A stretch of DNA of 45,293 nucleotides from Candidatus Nanohalobium sp. (GTDB lineage: Archaea; Nanohalarchaeota; Nanosalinia; Nanosalinales; Nanosalinaceae). Position numbers and translations under genes: made by a program. The notes beneath the pieces are model-generated. The model saw only the letters and a program-made list of their open reading frames with translations, was not told the origin of the DNA and did not search any database. Positions 35,801-44,047 of this stretch are shown here, one piece after another. Every line of letters starts with the position of its first letter. Positions within the stretch are counted from its first letter, which is position 1. The DNA lies in contig JBDGTY010000040.1 of the NCBI GenBank assembly GCA_042216335.1, forward strand, positions 1 through 45,293, given 5' to 3'.

Positions 35801-38662
35801 AACTATTTTGTCGAATCCCTCAATCATCTCCCTGCTTCTTTTTCTATTCTGCACTGTGTTTCTCATGCCGCTCTCTGTGAAGCCTATATCCGCGGCAAGA
35901 GCGTTGTAGGAAATGTCAAGTATGTCTCTGACTTCGTCCAGATCTCCCATCATTTCCTCGTAGTCTTTCTCGGCAAACTCTTCAAGAAGCTCTGCCTGTT
36001 CTTCCATTTCCTGGAGTTTGTCCCACCTATCCTCGAAATGATTTGTAATCTTCTCCAGCCAATTCCTACCGACGTTGTATTCTTCGTTCTCGTAAGCCCA
36101 ATAATCCTTTCCACATTCCCTGAACTGTTTTGGGCTCATCCTGAGAGCCTCTCTTAACTCTTTGATCTCTTTCCCCGCTCCGGGTACTACATCGGTGTTC
36201 GTGTTGTTGATTGCATCTTTTTCCAGCATCTCTTCAAGTCTTTCCTGCTTCTCATTGTGTGCTATGCCTATTTTTTCAGCAAATCTGTCGGCGAACTTGC
36301 CTCTGATGAAAACTCTGTAGTGTTCGCCAGAATCCAAATCCTTTTTCTTTGTGTACGCTGTGATGCCGAACCTCAGCAGAACCATACGCAACTGTTTCTT
36401 CATCTTCTCACTTTTGGTCGAAAGTTCTATCTCTCTTTTATTCTCCGATACAAATCCATCTGCTGCAAAATATCCACGAATGAAACCTCTGACAACCTTG
36501 TCGGGCGATTTCAGTATTTTATCAGGGATCTCTATTTTTCCGGATTTCTTACCGAAAGGTACTGAGAATACGTCTTTAAGGATTCTGGAAAGATTCCGTG
36601 AAGTGACCTGAGAAACTGTGGTCGAGTGAGATTCAAACCCTCTGCAACTCACTCCGAAACGTGAAACAAGTGACTCAAACCTGTCCTGAATTTCCTGAAC
36701 GCTGTTGTGGAATTCGATTTTTTTCTCATTGACGTGCCCATCCCCAAGAACTAGGCCTAGGAACTCGGCCAAGTCTTCATCAACTTCTCTCGGGAACTTT
36801 ACTTCCTGTGCATTGGTCTCTCCGTATACTATGAAGCCTTCGTCTGTTTCTTCAAATTCAAATCTTTCCCTATCTATATCTATTTCCTGCTTCTCTGAAG
36901 AAGTCTCAAAGCTGCGAGGGGTCGCTATATAATTACCTTCTTCTAGGTTATCCGCTCTCAACTTTTTCAGTCCATCTGAATACGTGAAGTAGGGATGCTC
37001 TGGTGTAGTTCTGATTTCTCGACCTGACTCAGTTTCTATCTTTATCAGCTCTTCAGGACTCTCACGTTTCCAGACATCAGTTATCTCTTCTTCCGAAAGC
37101 TTCTTCTGATTTGAAAGAGCTATTGCTTCTCCAGCAGCACGGTTGTCGTGGAGCGTTCCATCTTCGATTTCTTCCTTGAACCCTCCAACCATATCCTCTA
37201 TCTTAACTATATTACCGTTGGAGAGCTGTATTTCCGTATCCCCTGAAACACATTTACCGGCACCTCTCGTACCGGAGAAAATGACGGAACGATTACCGTC
37301 TATTATGAAGCTTAACAGTCCTGCGCCGAGCGGGTTGATCATGTTGTTCTGGATGAAGAGTGGTAGTGTCCATGCGCGGCTTCTGTGTCTTCTGAATGCG
37401 AAGGCCAGTCCTTCTGGGCTCAGGTTCTCCTGTATTACTGCTACGCGTGCTCTTCCTCCTGTGACCTCTGTTTCTGTGTCGAGTACGGGGTTGGCTTCGT
37501 CCAGTGGTCTTCCAGACTGTATCCTGAAGCGTGTGGCCCAGGATTCGGCCTCGTCCTTTGTCGGTATCAGGTTGGTCTCGCATTCCCCGTACTCCTGGTG
37601 TGAGATGAAGATGGGTGAGTCCCCGATAGGGGAGTTTATGTAGACGTCCTCGATCTTCGGATCCGCTAGTAATAGTTCGAGTACTCCGAGGCCGGAAGTG
37701 TATCTATTCAGTATATCAGTTAAACTTTGCAGTTCTTCCTGTCCGAGCTGCATGTCCATCTGGTTGGCGATGTCTCTCAGCATATCGCGGCCTATGTTCT
37801 CGAACACGTCCTTCATCCTCTCCGGTCGGGCGAACTCTCCTGACTCCGGGTCGTGACTCGCCATGTATCTCCGTGCTGCGTCCAGGAGGTTGTACTTCTC
37901 CTCAGGAAGATTGAACTCTGGAGGGTCTACGTGGTAGACGGGGCGGGTCTGATCCGGCACGTCGTAAAGTGTCACGTCGATATCGTTCCTTACTGAGTAC
38001 CTGTCGACCTCCTCACCTCTCTCAGGTGGCAGAGACATGAACTTGGTAAGCATAAAGTTCGGCCTGACCAGCGGATGGAAGAATTCCCTGTAGACCTCCC
38101 TGTCGCCGACGTGGTGGCCAGTGATGTAGTCCGAGGCCCTGTCGATAATCTCGCACTCCTCGATTCTGTCCAGCACCGGGCTGACCACGTCCTGTATGAA
38201 GTATTTGCGGCAGCGGCTCTGCTGCGGGTATTCGCTGTTCTCCATCTCCTGTTTCAGGTGCCGCTTCTTCCTCTTTAGCTCGACGTATGCTCCGACCGGG
38301 TCGCGCCTCATCTTGTCGAAGACTATCTGCTGGACCTCCGGTAGTTCCTGAGAATACAGTTGATCGCATTTCTCGGTCTTGATGTTCTGGGAGAGGTAGC
38401 CCTGTGAAGAGATTTCCTGTATCGCGTCGGCGACACCTCTCAGCAGGCTGACCTGTTCCTCGCCGTACTCGTAGTCACGTGACTCGGAGAGGATCACGCT
38501 GGAGGCGTTGGGTACCTCCTGTAGTATGTTTATGACCCGTGACATGACCTCGGGATAGTCCTCGATGCTTGCGCCGTAGATAGATCCGAGGGTGTTGACT
38601 CGGACCGTTCCGGTATCCTCCTCGTACTCGTAGTCGAAGACGTCCTTATCTCTGACTGCCAT
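32831..38662 (-). CDS. Type IV pilus assembly ATPase (PilB/TadA/VirB11 family) with two inteins; about 752 aa after splicing
   Basis: IEDVYIN, GRPLDEANP, Walker A GTRGAGK|T, Asp box VED|TLEL, SLRLGD, Walker B VIGEVR, GTIHG. Confidence 0.95.
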   Translation of the reverse strand: MAVRDKDVFDYEYEEDTGTVRVNTLGSIYGASIEDYPEVMSRVINILQEVPNASSVILSESRDYEYGEEQVSLLRGVADAIQEISSQGYLSQNIKTEKCDQLYSQELPEVQQIVFDKMRRDPVGAYVELKRKKRHLKQEMENSEYPQQSRCRKYFIQDVVSPVLDRIEECEIIDRASDYITGHHVGDREVYREFFHPLVRPNFMLTKFMSLPPERGEEVDRYSVRNDIDVTLYDVPDQTRPVYHVDPPEFNLPEEKYNLLDAARRYMASHDPESGEFARPERMKDVFENIGRDMLRDIANQMDMQLGQEELQSLTDILNRYTSGLGVLELLLADPKIEDVYINSPIGDSPIFISHQEYGECETNLIPTKDEAESWATRFRIQSGRPLDEANPVLDTETEVTGGRARVAVIQENLSPEGLAFAFRRHRSRAWTLPLFIQNNMINPLGAGLLSFIIDGNRSVIFSGTRGAGKCVSGDTEIQLSNGNIVKIEDMVGGFKEEIEDGTLHDNRAAGEAIALSNQKKLSEEEITDVWKRESPEELIKIETESGREIRTTPEHPYFTYSDGLKKLRADNLEEGNYIATPRSFETSSEKQEIDIDRERFEFEETDEGFIVYGETNAQEVKFPREVDEDLAEFLGLVLGDGHVNEKKIEFHNSVQEIQDRFESLVSRFGVSCRGFESHSTTVSQVTSRNLSRILKDVFSVPFGKKSGKIEIPDKILKSPDKVVRGFIRGYFAADGFVSENKREIELSTKSEKMKKQLRMVLLRFGITAYTKKKDLDSGEHYRVFIRGKFADRFAEKIGIAHNEKQERLEEMLEKDAINNTNTDVVPGAGKEIKELREALRMSPKQFRECGKDYWAYENEEYNVGRNWLEKITNHFEDRWDKLQEMEEQAELLEEFAEKDYEEMMGDLDEVRDILDISYNALAADIGFTESGMRNTVQNRKRSREMIEGFDKIVQTLNSRIKKFEKKTGSNLEELDKMVEAGIVTYREVSDRTEIPLTSVKNYSYGEIDPSEDRRQKIETEIENIKKETHKNLKKARKKIDDFKSASTELAQIMAALKEFREVLNIEREEYEGVHDQTVSQVLSSETEPSIEVMQKLAASTADIYREATDRKTEKLLEELSERADSDLYWDKIKKIEAEVPEEEHVFDLTVGNKHNFIANGLIAHNTSLLSASMLEIMKNHRIVSVEDSVTGDSSIIYRKDSEVRYGEIGDLIDTQIEEKGSEDRGGRDVLPENPDNVKVLSMDDSGNMRWSDASLFMRHDVEKPIYEIETRTGRKLKVTEDHSVFGMSDEGSITEVRPTELDEGDHLVTPRKLDIPSGEKEWNLSSKASELDGYFKNDLDLRDYRSELRDFADENDYSEHTAQYWVRENIVPAEAVEVLDIETGKDTVYKHKRTSSELPVEIELDKRFMEFLGLWMADGCYDNRSVLVTVSDERCQEVVREVFERFGLPVKLHSDEHSLMANSQPLKEVMQKHGFTGDAYSKRIPEWIFSASEEQRHAFLRGFYSSDGYSTSHEAGIDLINEELIEDIQTLLLIDGIRGRARDSGKMRSMRISDLEGLRKFKEKIGFLQDYKNDNLDLEDRESTHDTTDVVPLPRDMLEELCSETEMERHDYVTRGNELGRQKLKQVIGRSETAEKISQFADSDIFWDQVKSIEKVSEEETVYDISVPGDENFITSNILAHNTLELPVPQMKDLGYNIERMKSRSVITQVENELGADEAIRTSLRLGDSALVIGEVRSEEAQALYEAMRVGAVANFVGGTIHGEDAYSVFDRVVNDLNVPKTSFKATDIIVSVNKIKSPDGLETYRRVTGITEVRKEWTDDPQEENAFVDLMRYDSNEDELVPTDTLINGESLILNRIAENIREWKNNWDAVWNNIQLRKDIKQELVEKAEETGDDDLLEAEFVVKANQQFHLISEKVHDEYGRQEPERILNRWKEWLDQQV
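33614..35098 (-). mobile_element. Intein 2 (495 aa) in the Asp box; LAGLIDADG endonuclease
   Basis: VED|SVTGDS...TEDHSV...FLGLWMADG, FLRGFYSSDG...VYDISVPGDENFITSNILAHN|T. Confidence 0.95.
35165..37252 (-). mobile_element. Intein 1 (696 aa) in Walker A; LAGLIDADG endonuclease plus extra HTH-like insert
   Basis: GK|CVSGDT...TPEHPY (block B)...FLGLVLGDG, FIRGYFAADG...VFDLTV..HNFIANGLIAHN|T. Confidence 0.95.
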
Positions 38663-38704
38663 AGAGCCCTACTATTATTATGCCGTACTCCTCAAATAAA
38701 ACAC

Positions 38705-39172
38705 ATGGCCCAGGGCAACATGATCAACCGGATAGTCGACAGGGTGAACGACTTCAACAGAAGGGTCAGGGACCTGGAAGAAAAGATACGCAACCTTCAG
38801 GCCCGGGTCAGAACTCTGGACGATACCTTGCTTGAGAAAACATCGGATCTCTCCGACGATATACAGGAGCTTGAGGATGAGATGAGCGAGTTAAGGGATC
38901 GCGTCGCCAACATGGAAGTCGACATCAAGGAGATAAACCGTGAAAAGAGAAAATTCGTGACCTCACAGGAACTCGAGGAGATAGAAAACTACATGGACCT
39001 GATGAACCCGTTGAACGCAGGCTTCATAACCCGGAGCGAGGCCAAGAAGATGATGAAGAAGCAAGGCTCCGGGTTAACGAGGGATGAAGTCAAGCAGATA
39101 GTCGACAGAAAGATAAAAAACCTCGAGCAACAAGACTCAAAGGAAGACCGCCCTGGTGAACAAATCGAATGA
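38705..39172 (+). CDS. Coiled-coil protein divergent from the pilus ATPase
   Basis: Continuous heptads over residues 5-95 ending in YMDLMNPL. Confidence 0.85.
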   Translation: MAQGNMINRIVDRVNDFNRRVRDLEEKIRNLQARVRTLDDTLLEKTSDLSDDIQELEDEMSELRDRVANMEVDIKEINREKRKFVTSQELEEIENYMDLMNPLNAGFITRSEAKKMMKKQGSGLTRDEVKQIVDRKIKNLEQQDSKEDRPGEQIE

Positions 39173-40071
39173 AATTCCAGCTTTTCGAAAGACTCAGAGA
39201 CGACGACTCCGGAAACAACAGTTCTACATCAGGAGGCCCACAGTCCCAGGGACTCGGAGAACCACAGATGAACGATTCAGGGCTTCAAGGTGGTGGACTG
39301 GAAAGAACAGTAGAAAACATGTTCGACCAGGGCTACTCCGAAGAAGAGATAAGAGACGAACTACAGGGCCAGTACAGCGAACAGGAAATACAGCAGGCCG
39401 TCAACAACACTGTAGCAAGTAACGCGACCGACAGTGGTGGACCGGAACCCATGACACCGTACCAGTCCGATGACGAACCTGTCAGCCCTATGGACGAGGG
39501 ATACGGCGGAGACGGCGAAGGAGACATGCCTGCCGAGCAGGATGACGGCAATCAGGACATGCCTCCACAGAACCCTCCACAACAGCAACAGCAGATGCAG
39601 CAACCACCGCAACAGGATATGCAGAACCAGCAGATGCCTGGTGGTCAGCAGGGCCCACCGGGTCAAGGAGGACAGGTTGACTCCTCCGTAGAAGAACTTA
39701 TCGAAACAATAGTGGCGGAGAACTTCCAGAGAGTAACAGCAGAATTCCAGAACGTATACGAAGAACTCGACACAATCGAAGAAGAGATAGAAAGCCTGGA
39801 GAAAAGAGTACACGACCTGGAGGTCAGGGACGACGAAGACCAGGAACAGTTCGTTCAGAAAGTCGAGGAGATGGAGGACCACATCGACCAGTACCAGTCC
39901 AGGATTGGAGGACTGGAAAAAGCGTTCCAGCAGGTACTACCCAATCTCGTCGACAACGTTCGCGACCTCACCCAGCTGGTCCAGGAGATCAAACAGGAGA
40001 AGGGGATAGAAACCTCAACCGACATCTCCCAGCAGGAAATGGACGACATGGATCAACTGGAAGACTGGTAA
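39169..40071 (+). CDS. Acidic protein: small helical domain, Q/P/G-rich linker, C-terminal coiled coil
   Basis: QGYSEEEIRDEL helical unit; PPQQQQQMQQPP linker; VEELIETIVAE...IGGLEKAFQQVLP coiled coil; ATGA overlap with upstream gene. Confidence 0.85.
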   Translation: MKFQLFERLRDDDSGNNSSTSGGPQSQGLGEPQMNDSGLQGGGLERTVENMFDQGYSEEEIRDELQGQYSEQEIQQAVNNTVASNATDSGGPEPMTPYQSDDEPVSPMDEGYGGDGEGDMPAEQDDGNQDMPPQNPPQQQQQMQQPPQQDMQNQQMPGGQQGPPGQGGQVDSSVEELIETIVAENFQRVTAEFQNVYEELDTIEEEIESLEKRVHDLEVRDDEDQEQFVQKVEEMEDHIDQYQSRIGGLEKAFQQVLPNLVDNVRDLTQLVQEIKQEKGIETSTDISQQEMDDMDQLEDW

Positions 40072-40099
40072 AGGTTTAATTCTTCTCTAATGGTTATTT

Positions 40100-40615
40100 C
40101 TAGTCCCCGCCGGTAGATGCATCAATCATCAGCAGCAGGAAGAGCAAGAATACTACAGGGAAGATCACGTTCTGCCAGGTGTCTCCTCCTGTGTTGATGC
40201 TGAGCAGGGAGATAAGGTCCAGGTTGTAGATCAGTGCACCTATGAAAGCTATCAGGACTATAAGGCCGGCAAATAATGCCAGTATCCCGAACTCTCCTTC
40301 CTCATCCGGTATCACATCTGTAGGTTCTACTCCTCCCATTGCAAGCAATATAATTGTGCCGAAAAGCGCGAAAAGACCGAAACCTATCGCCGCAGCAAAA
40401 TTTAGAAAAATTTCATTTAGTTCATAAGCATATATACCAAGGAGGGTGAAAAGTGAGCTTCCAAGTGAGGCACCAGCCATAACCGACTCATCGCTGAAAA
40501 TCTCATACTTCGCCAGCAACCCGTAAATGAGTGCTGCAAAGAGTAACCATATAAAAACGTAGTAGGCTCTTGAATCGATCATTGACTGAAGCAGAACTCC
40601 AAATACTCCTGCCAT
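40100..40615 (-). CDS. Membrane protein (about 5 TM)
   Basis: FIWLLFAALIYGLLAKYEIF; hydrophobic throughout. Confidence 0.85.
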   Translation of the reverse strand: MAGVFGVLLQSMIDSRAYYVFIWLLFAALIYGLLAKYEIFSDESVMAGASLGSSLFTLLGIYAYELNEIFLNFAAAIGFGLFALFGTIILLAMGGVEPTDVIPDEEGEFGILALFAGLIVLIAFIGALIYNLDLISLLSINTGGDTWQNVIFPVVFLLFLLLMIDASTGGD

Positions 40616-41214
40616 TATTCATCATCTCCGTCATCCCCACCGGTGTCGCCACCGGTGGCGTTATCATTTCCCGACGGATACATCACCGCCAGCATAGCGC
40701 CAGCAATCACTAGGAGCCATATAAACCCGGTTTCAAACGTCGCACTGATTATGCCGGCTATGAATCCGCTTGCATCCTCGAAACCGAACATAGCTGGGCC
40801 GAATCCTCCGGCCCAGACAAACGCTGCTCCTGCCATCAGTACTGCTATGTAAAATACGTATTTTCTGAATGGGTTGTTGTCCTGGCCTTGACCCCAGTCG
40901 AATCCTGTGAAACTGGCCAAAGTCAGCAGTCCGAGGATCGATGCCAGTCCGATGACTATCTTCCCGAAGAACACGGAGAAGAAGCTCTGGTAGAATGGCT
41001 GCATCACTAGGAACCTGGCTGTGAAGAAAGCCAAGATCATCGCCATCACAGGTGCGGCATTGTTCAAACTATCTACATCATCAAAAATACTTGCTTTCTC
41101 GATAGCTGCCAGGTAAAGCATCCATGAAAGGATAAATGGGAAAAGCAGGCTGAAAGCATCAGCTCCAGTCAAGAAAGAAATCAAGCTGGAGAAACCGGAG
41201 ACCTCAGGTTCCAT
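40615..41214 (-). CDS. Membrane protein (about 5 TM), probable paralog of 40100..40615
   Basis: FPFILSWMLYLAAIEKASIF; acidic Gly-rich tail. Confidence 0.85.
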   Translation of the reverse strand: MEPEVSGFSSLISFLTGADAFSLLFPFILSWMLYLAAIEKASIFDDVDSLNNAAPVMAMILAFFTARFLVMQPFYQSFFSVFFGKIVIGLASILGLLTLASFTGFDWGQGQDNNPFRKYVFYIAVLMAGAAFVWAGGFGPAMFGFEDASGFIAGIISATFETGFIWLLVIAGAMLAVMYPSGNDNATGGDTGGDDGDDE

Positions 41215-41514
41215 CTACTCTTCTCCACCCTCGCTCTCGGAGTTATTCTCATCTTCGTCTTGGCTCTCGCTTTCCAGGTAGGAGCTGATCTTCCTGTTCA
41301 TAATCCACAGCTCTCGACCTATGATCATCAGGCCGAGCATGACAATCCATGGGAAGATCTGCCGGCCGAACTCGATAAAGTTAGGGCCGTTCGAAACAAA
41401 GAACAGCGAATAAACCGATACAGTAAGCGCTCCAAGAGATAGAGCTACAATCACAAACTCGTCTACTATGTTTTCAACTTTGTAAACAAAGTTCCGGAAA
41501 TCCTCTTTCTTCAT
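41215..41514 (-). CDS. Two-TM membrane protein
   Basis: GGTGAT RBS; two hydrophobic segments; acidic tail. Confidence 0.8.
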   Translation of the reverse strand: MKKEDFRNFVYKVENIVDEFVIVALSLGALTVSVYSLFFVSNGPNFIEFGRQIFPWIVMLGLMIIGRELWIMNRKISSYLESESQDEDENNSESEGGEE

Positions 41515-41526
41515 TCTTTGATCACC

Positions 41527-41670
41527 CTAGAAACCGCCCATACCACGGTTTTTCCTTCCAGTAAGTTTTGCCACTGCAAATCCTGCAACTGCTCCGATCA
41601 ATGCAATATCGATGTTGTTCATCAACCGGACCATCAAGGTCGCGGCCTGCTTCGCCTCTTCTCCTGCCAT
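41527..41670 (-). CDS. 47-aa single-TM microprotein (not in ORF track)
   Basis: MAGEEAKQAATLMVRLMNNIDIALIGAVAGFAVAKLTGRKNRGMGGF*; GxxxG helix and basic tail. Confidence 0.8.
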   Translation of the reverse strand: MAGEEAKQAATLMVRLMNNIDIALIGAVAGFAVAKLTGRKNRGMGGF

Positions 41671-41724
41671 TTTATATCGTCCTGTTGTTTTATTTACAGT
41701 ATATGGTTTAAATAATTGTTTGGA

Positions 41725-43197
41725 TCAGAAGCCTTGAACTGTCTCTTCAGTGATATCTATTATCTGGCTGCTTTCGCTCTTGACTCTTTCTATAGTATCG
41801 ATTTTATTTTCGAGAAGCTGTTTTGTGGTCTGTATGTCTTCTCCTTTAGAGCCAGAAATCTGGCTTTTAAGTGTTTTAAGGCTGCTCTCTTCTTCACTCA
41901 AACTTTCAGCTATATCTCTTATCACTTCTGTTTCGCTTTGTAGGCCTCTCACTTCTGTTTCAAGTTCCTCCTTCTCTGACTCTATCTTTTGGGAAAGTTT
42001 CTTCCTCTCTTGGTCTAGAGCGTGCGTTTCTGATTCAATGTTGCCTGTTTGAGATTCAATATTGCTTACTGCTCCTTTTTCTCGTTCTGCGCCTGCTCTT
42101 TGCTCCGCCTTCTTTTCAGCATCCCCCATCTCCTTCTCTGTTGTCTCCAATTCAGATATTTCAGTGGCTAGGGCCTCAATATTATTTTCAGCTCTCTTTA
42201 TCATAGGTAGAATCTGTTTAATTCCTTTAGCATAGTCTTTCTGGCCTTTGAGTAGAGTCTCCAACTTTTGAAGGCTCTCTAATTCTTCTCTGAAGTCTTC
42301 GTTTATTCTCTCAATGTTATCGCCTTCAATTCCCTGTTCTGCCGTAACTTGGATAAGGTATTGGGCATCCTCAATCAGGTCTTGCTGCTCCCCCTCTATG
42401 GATTTAAGCGCCTCTCGCTCATGTTCCTCGCTTTCCAAGATTTGGTCTTCCTTACTCTTTATCTCGTTTAATGCTTCTTCAAGGCGAATTTCCTCCTCTC
42501 TCAATTTCTGAACTATATCTTCTGCTTCCTCGTTCTCCATTTCAAGTTCGTTTATTACTCTGTCTTCGGGCGCGCCCTGGGACTCCTCATTTTCTGTCTG
42601 GTCTACTTTAGTCTTCAGGTCTTCAATTTCGGACTGGACTGTCTCAAGGCCTCCATCGGTCGTGGGTACTCCGCCGTCTGGTGTTGCGCCTCCTCCGCCC
42701 GTTCCATTCAATATTTCGTATGCATAGTACAGAATTAATCCAAATCCTCCTAACATCAGCAGTAGCGTGGCAAGCCCTGCGAACCAGAAACCAATAATTG
42801 TCATTGAAACGTACGCTCCACCGGCTGAAATAAGTCTTACTGCCCAGACGCCATCGCTTCCTGTTGCTGTTGAAGTTATCTGATTGTTTAGTTTTCCAAC
42901 AGCCGCATCGACTAAAGTTTTAATGGCGCCATAGCTGGCGATGAATAATCCTAGAAATATTAGTAAATCTCTCGGACTGTTAATTCTGAAAAGTATTAAT
43001 TGATCTGCTAAAGTGGTTATGAGTCCCATCACGCCACCTCCGGAATTTACCATTCCGGTTGAGAAGATACCTCCTCCTTCCTGTGCAATTGTTAATCCAA
43101 TGAATGCAAGAGTGATGCTAGCTAAGATAGAAGACTTAAGCTTGATCGAAAAAAACTTTGGACTTTTGGAAGGATTACTATCCATATCTAATAACAT
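41725..43197 (-). CDS. Membrane-anchored long coiled-coil protein
   Basis: About 160 aa hydrophobic N-terminus, GTGGGGATPDGG linker, about 300 aa acidic heptads. Confidence 0.85.
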   Translation of the reverse strand: MLLDMDSNPSKSPKFFSIKLKSSILASITLAFIGLTIAQEGGGIFSTGMVNSGGGVMGLITTLADQLILFRINSPRDLLIFLGLFIASYGAIKTLVDAAVGKLNNQITSTATGSDGVWAVRLISAGGAYVSMTIIGFWFAGLATLLLMLGGFGLILYYAYEILNGTGGGGATPDGGVPTTDGGLETVQSEIEDLKTKVDQTENEESQGAPEDRVINELEMENEEAEDIVQKLREEEIRLEEALNEIKSKEDQILESEEHEREALKSIEGEQQDLIEDAQYLIQVTAEQGIEGDNIERINEDFREELESLQKLETLLKGQKDYAKGIKQILPMIKRAENNIEALATEISELETTEKEMGDAEKKAEQRAGAEREKGAVSNIESQTGNIESETHALDQERKKLSQKIESEKEELETEVRGLQSETEVIRDIAESLSEEESSLKTLKSQISGSKGEDIQTTKQLLENKIDTIERVKSESSQIIDITEETVQGF

Positions 43198-43227
43198 CTC
43201 ATATTAGTTTTTAAGTTCTTTTCCGTG

Positions 43228-43734
43228 TCAGGAGAGTGCCTTGTATACTACGTAGCCGGACACTATGACTATGCCTGCGGCTGCCGCTATACCGAGAGAA
43301 GCCATTAGTCCGCGGATGATGTCCCAGTAAGGGGTTGGTATCAGTGATGCGGTTATAGCTAGAGACATTATCATAGAGTATCTGGTGGTATCTGGGCGAT
43401 TATCTTTGATAGGAAACATGTAAGGTACAAATCCTCTATATTCGGGGTCACTGTAATCTGGGGTATCATCTTTGGCAAGTATAAATGTTAGAGCCTTACT
43501 TAGGGCAATATTTAGTAGGGTTGCTATGAAGATGAATGGTGCCACGAGTTCTGAGAGTATCTCCTCTTGAGAATCAAATTGAGGTGTTGAGAAGTATGAG
43601 TCTCTAGATTCGAGTATTTGAGAGTTTCCTCCGCCCTGGTTGTAGTAGAAGGCCGCAGATACACTCGAAACAAAACTGATCAACATCAGCGTGAGTACCA
43701 GTTTTTTACTGGTCGAAGTCGAAATCGTCTCCAC
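43228..43734 (-). CDS. Membrane protein with signal-like N-terminus and about 3 TM
   Basis: KKLVLTLMLISFVSSVSA; LVAPFIFIATLLNIALSKAL resembles the PF motif of 40615..41214; start uncertain. Confidence 0.75.
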   Translation of the reverse strand: METISTSTSKKLVLTLMLISFVSSVSAAFYYNQGGGNSQILESRDSYFSTPQFDSQEEILSELVAPFIFIATLLNIALSKALTFILAKDDTPDYSDPEYRGFVPYMFPIKDNRPDTTRYSMIMSLAITASLIPTPYWDIIRGLMASLGIAAAAGIVIVSGYVVYKALS

Positions 43735-43966
43735 CTCCTCCGATTTCTCCTGCTCCTCCGCTGCCTCTGGCCTTGTCGAGGTATGCGGGTATGAGTTCGT
43801 CTATGAGGAATCCGGTGAACAGTCCGAGGAATGCGATTATGAGTATGTGGCCTGGCTGTGGTGGAAGTCCGTACTGCTGAGTGGCGATCTGCGTGACTAT
43901 ATCCGATGCTAGGTATCCTGCCACTGCGGCGAGCGCAAATGCTCCGAACTTCCAAGGATCTCTCAT
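43706..43966 (-). CDS. Two-TM small membrane protein
   Basis: Two hydrophobic segments; Gly/Asp tail GGGGDDFDFDQ. Confidence 0.8.
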   Translation of the reverse strand: MRDPWKFGAFALAAVAGYLASDIVTQIATQQYGLPPQPGHILIIAFLGLFTGFLIDELIPAYLDKARGSGGAGEIGGGGDDFDFDQ

Positions 43967-44047
43967 ACGTTACCATTTTGATTATGTTTTTATTATAGTT
44001 GGCTATATATTCAAAAATTAAATAAATGCAGTTGAGAATATTGAATC

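Noticed and set aside
23846-38662. Archaellum or conjugative T4SS operon
   Set aside because: No archaellin N-terminal consensus, ArlH, VirB4 or VirD4 motifs; content fits a type IV pilus.
41725-43197. Methyl-accepting chemoreceptor
   Set aside because: Lacks the conserved signalling hairpin motif; no che genes nearby.
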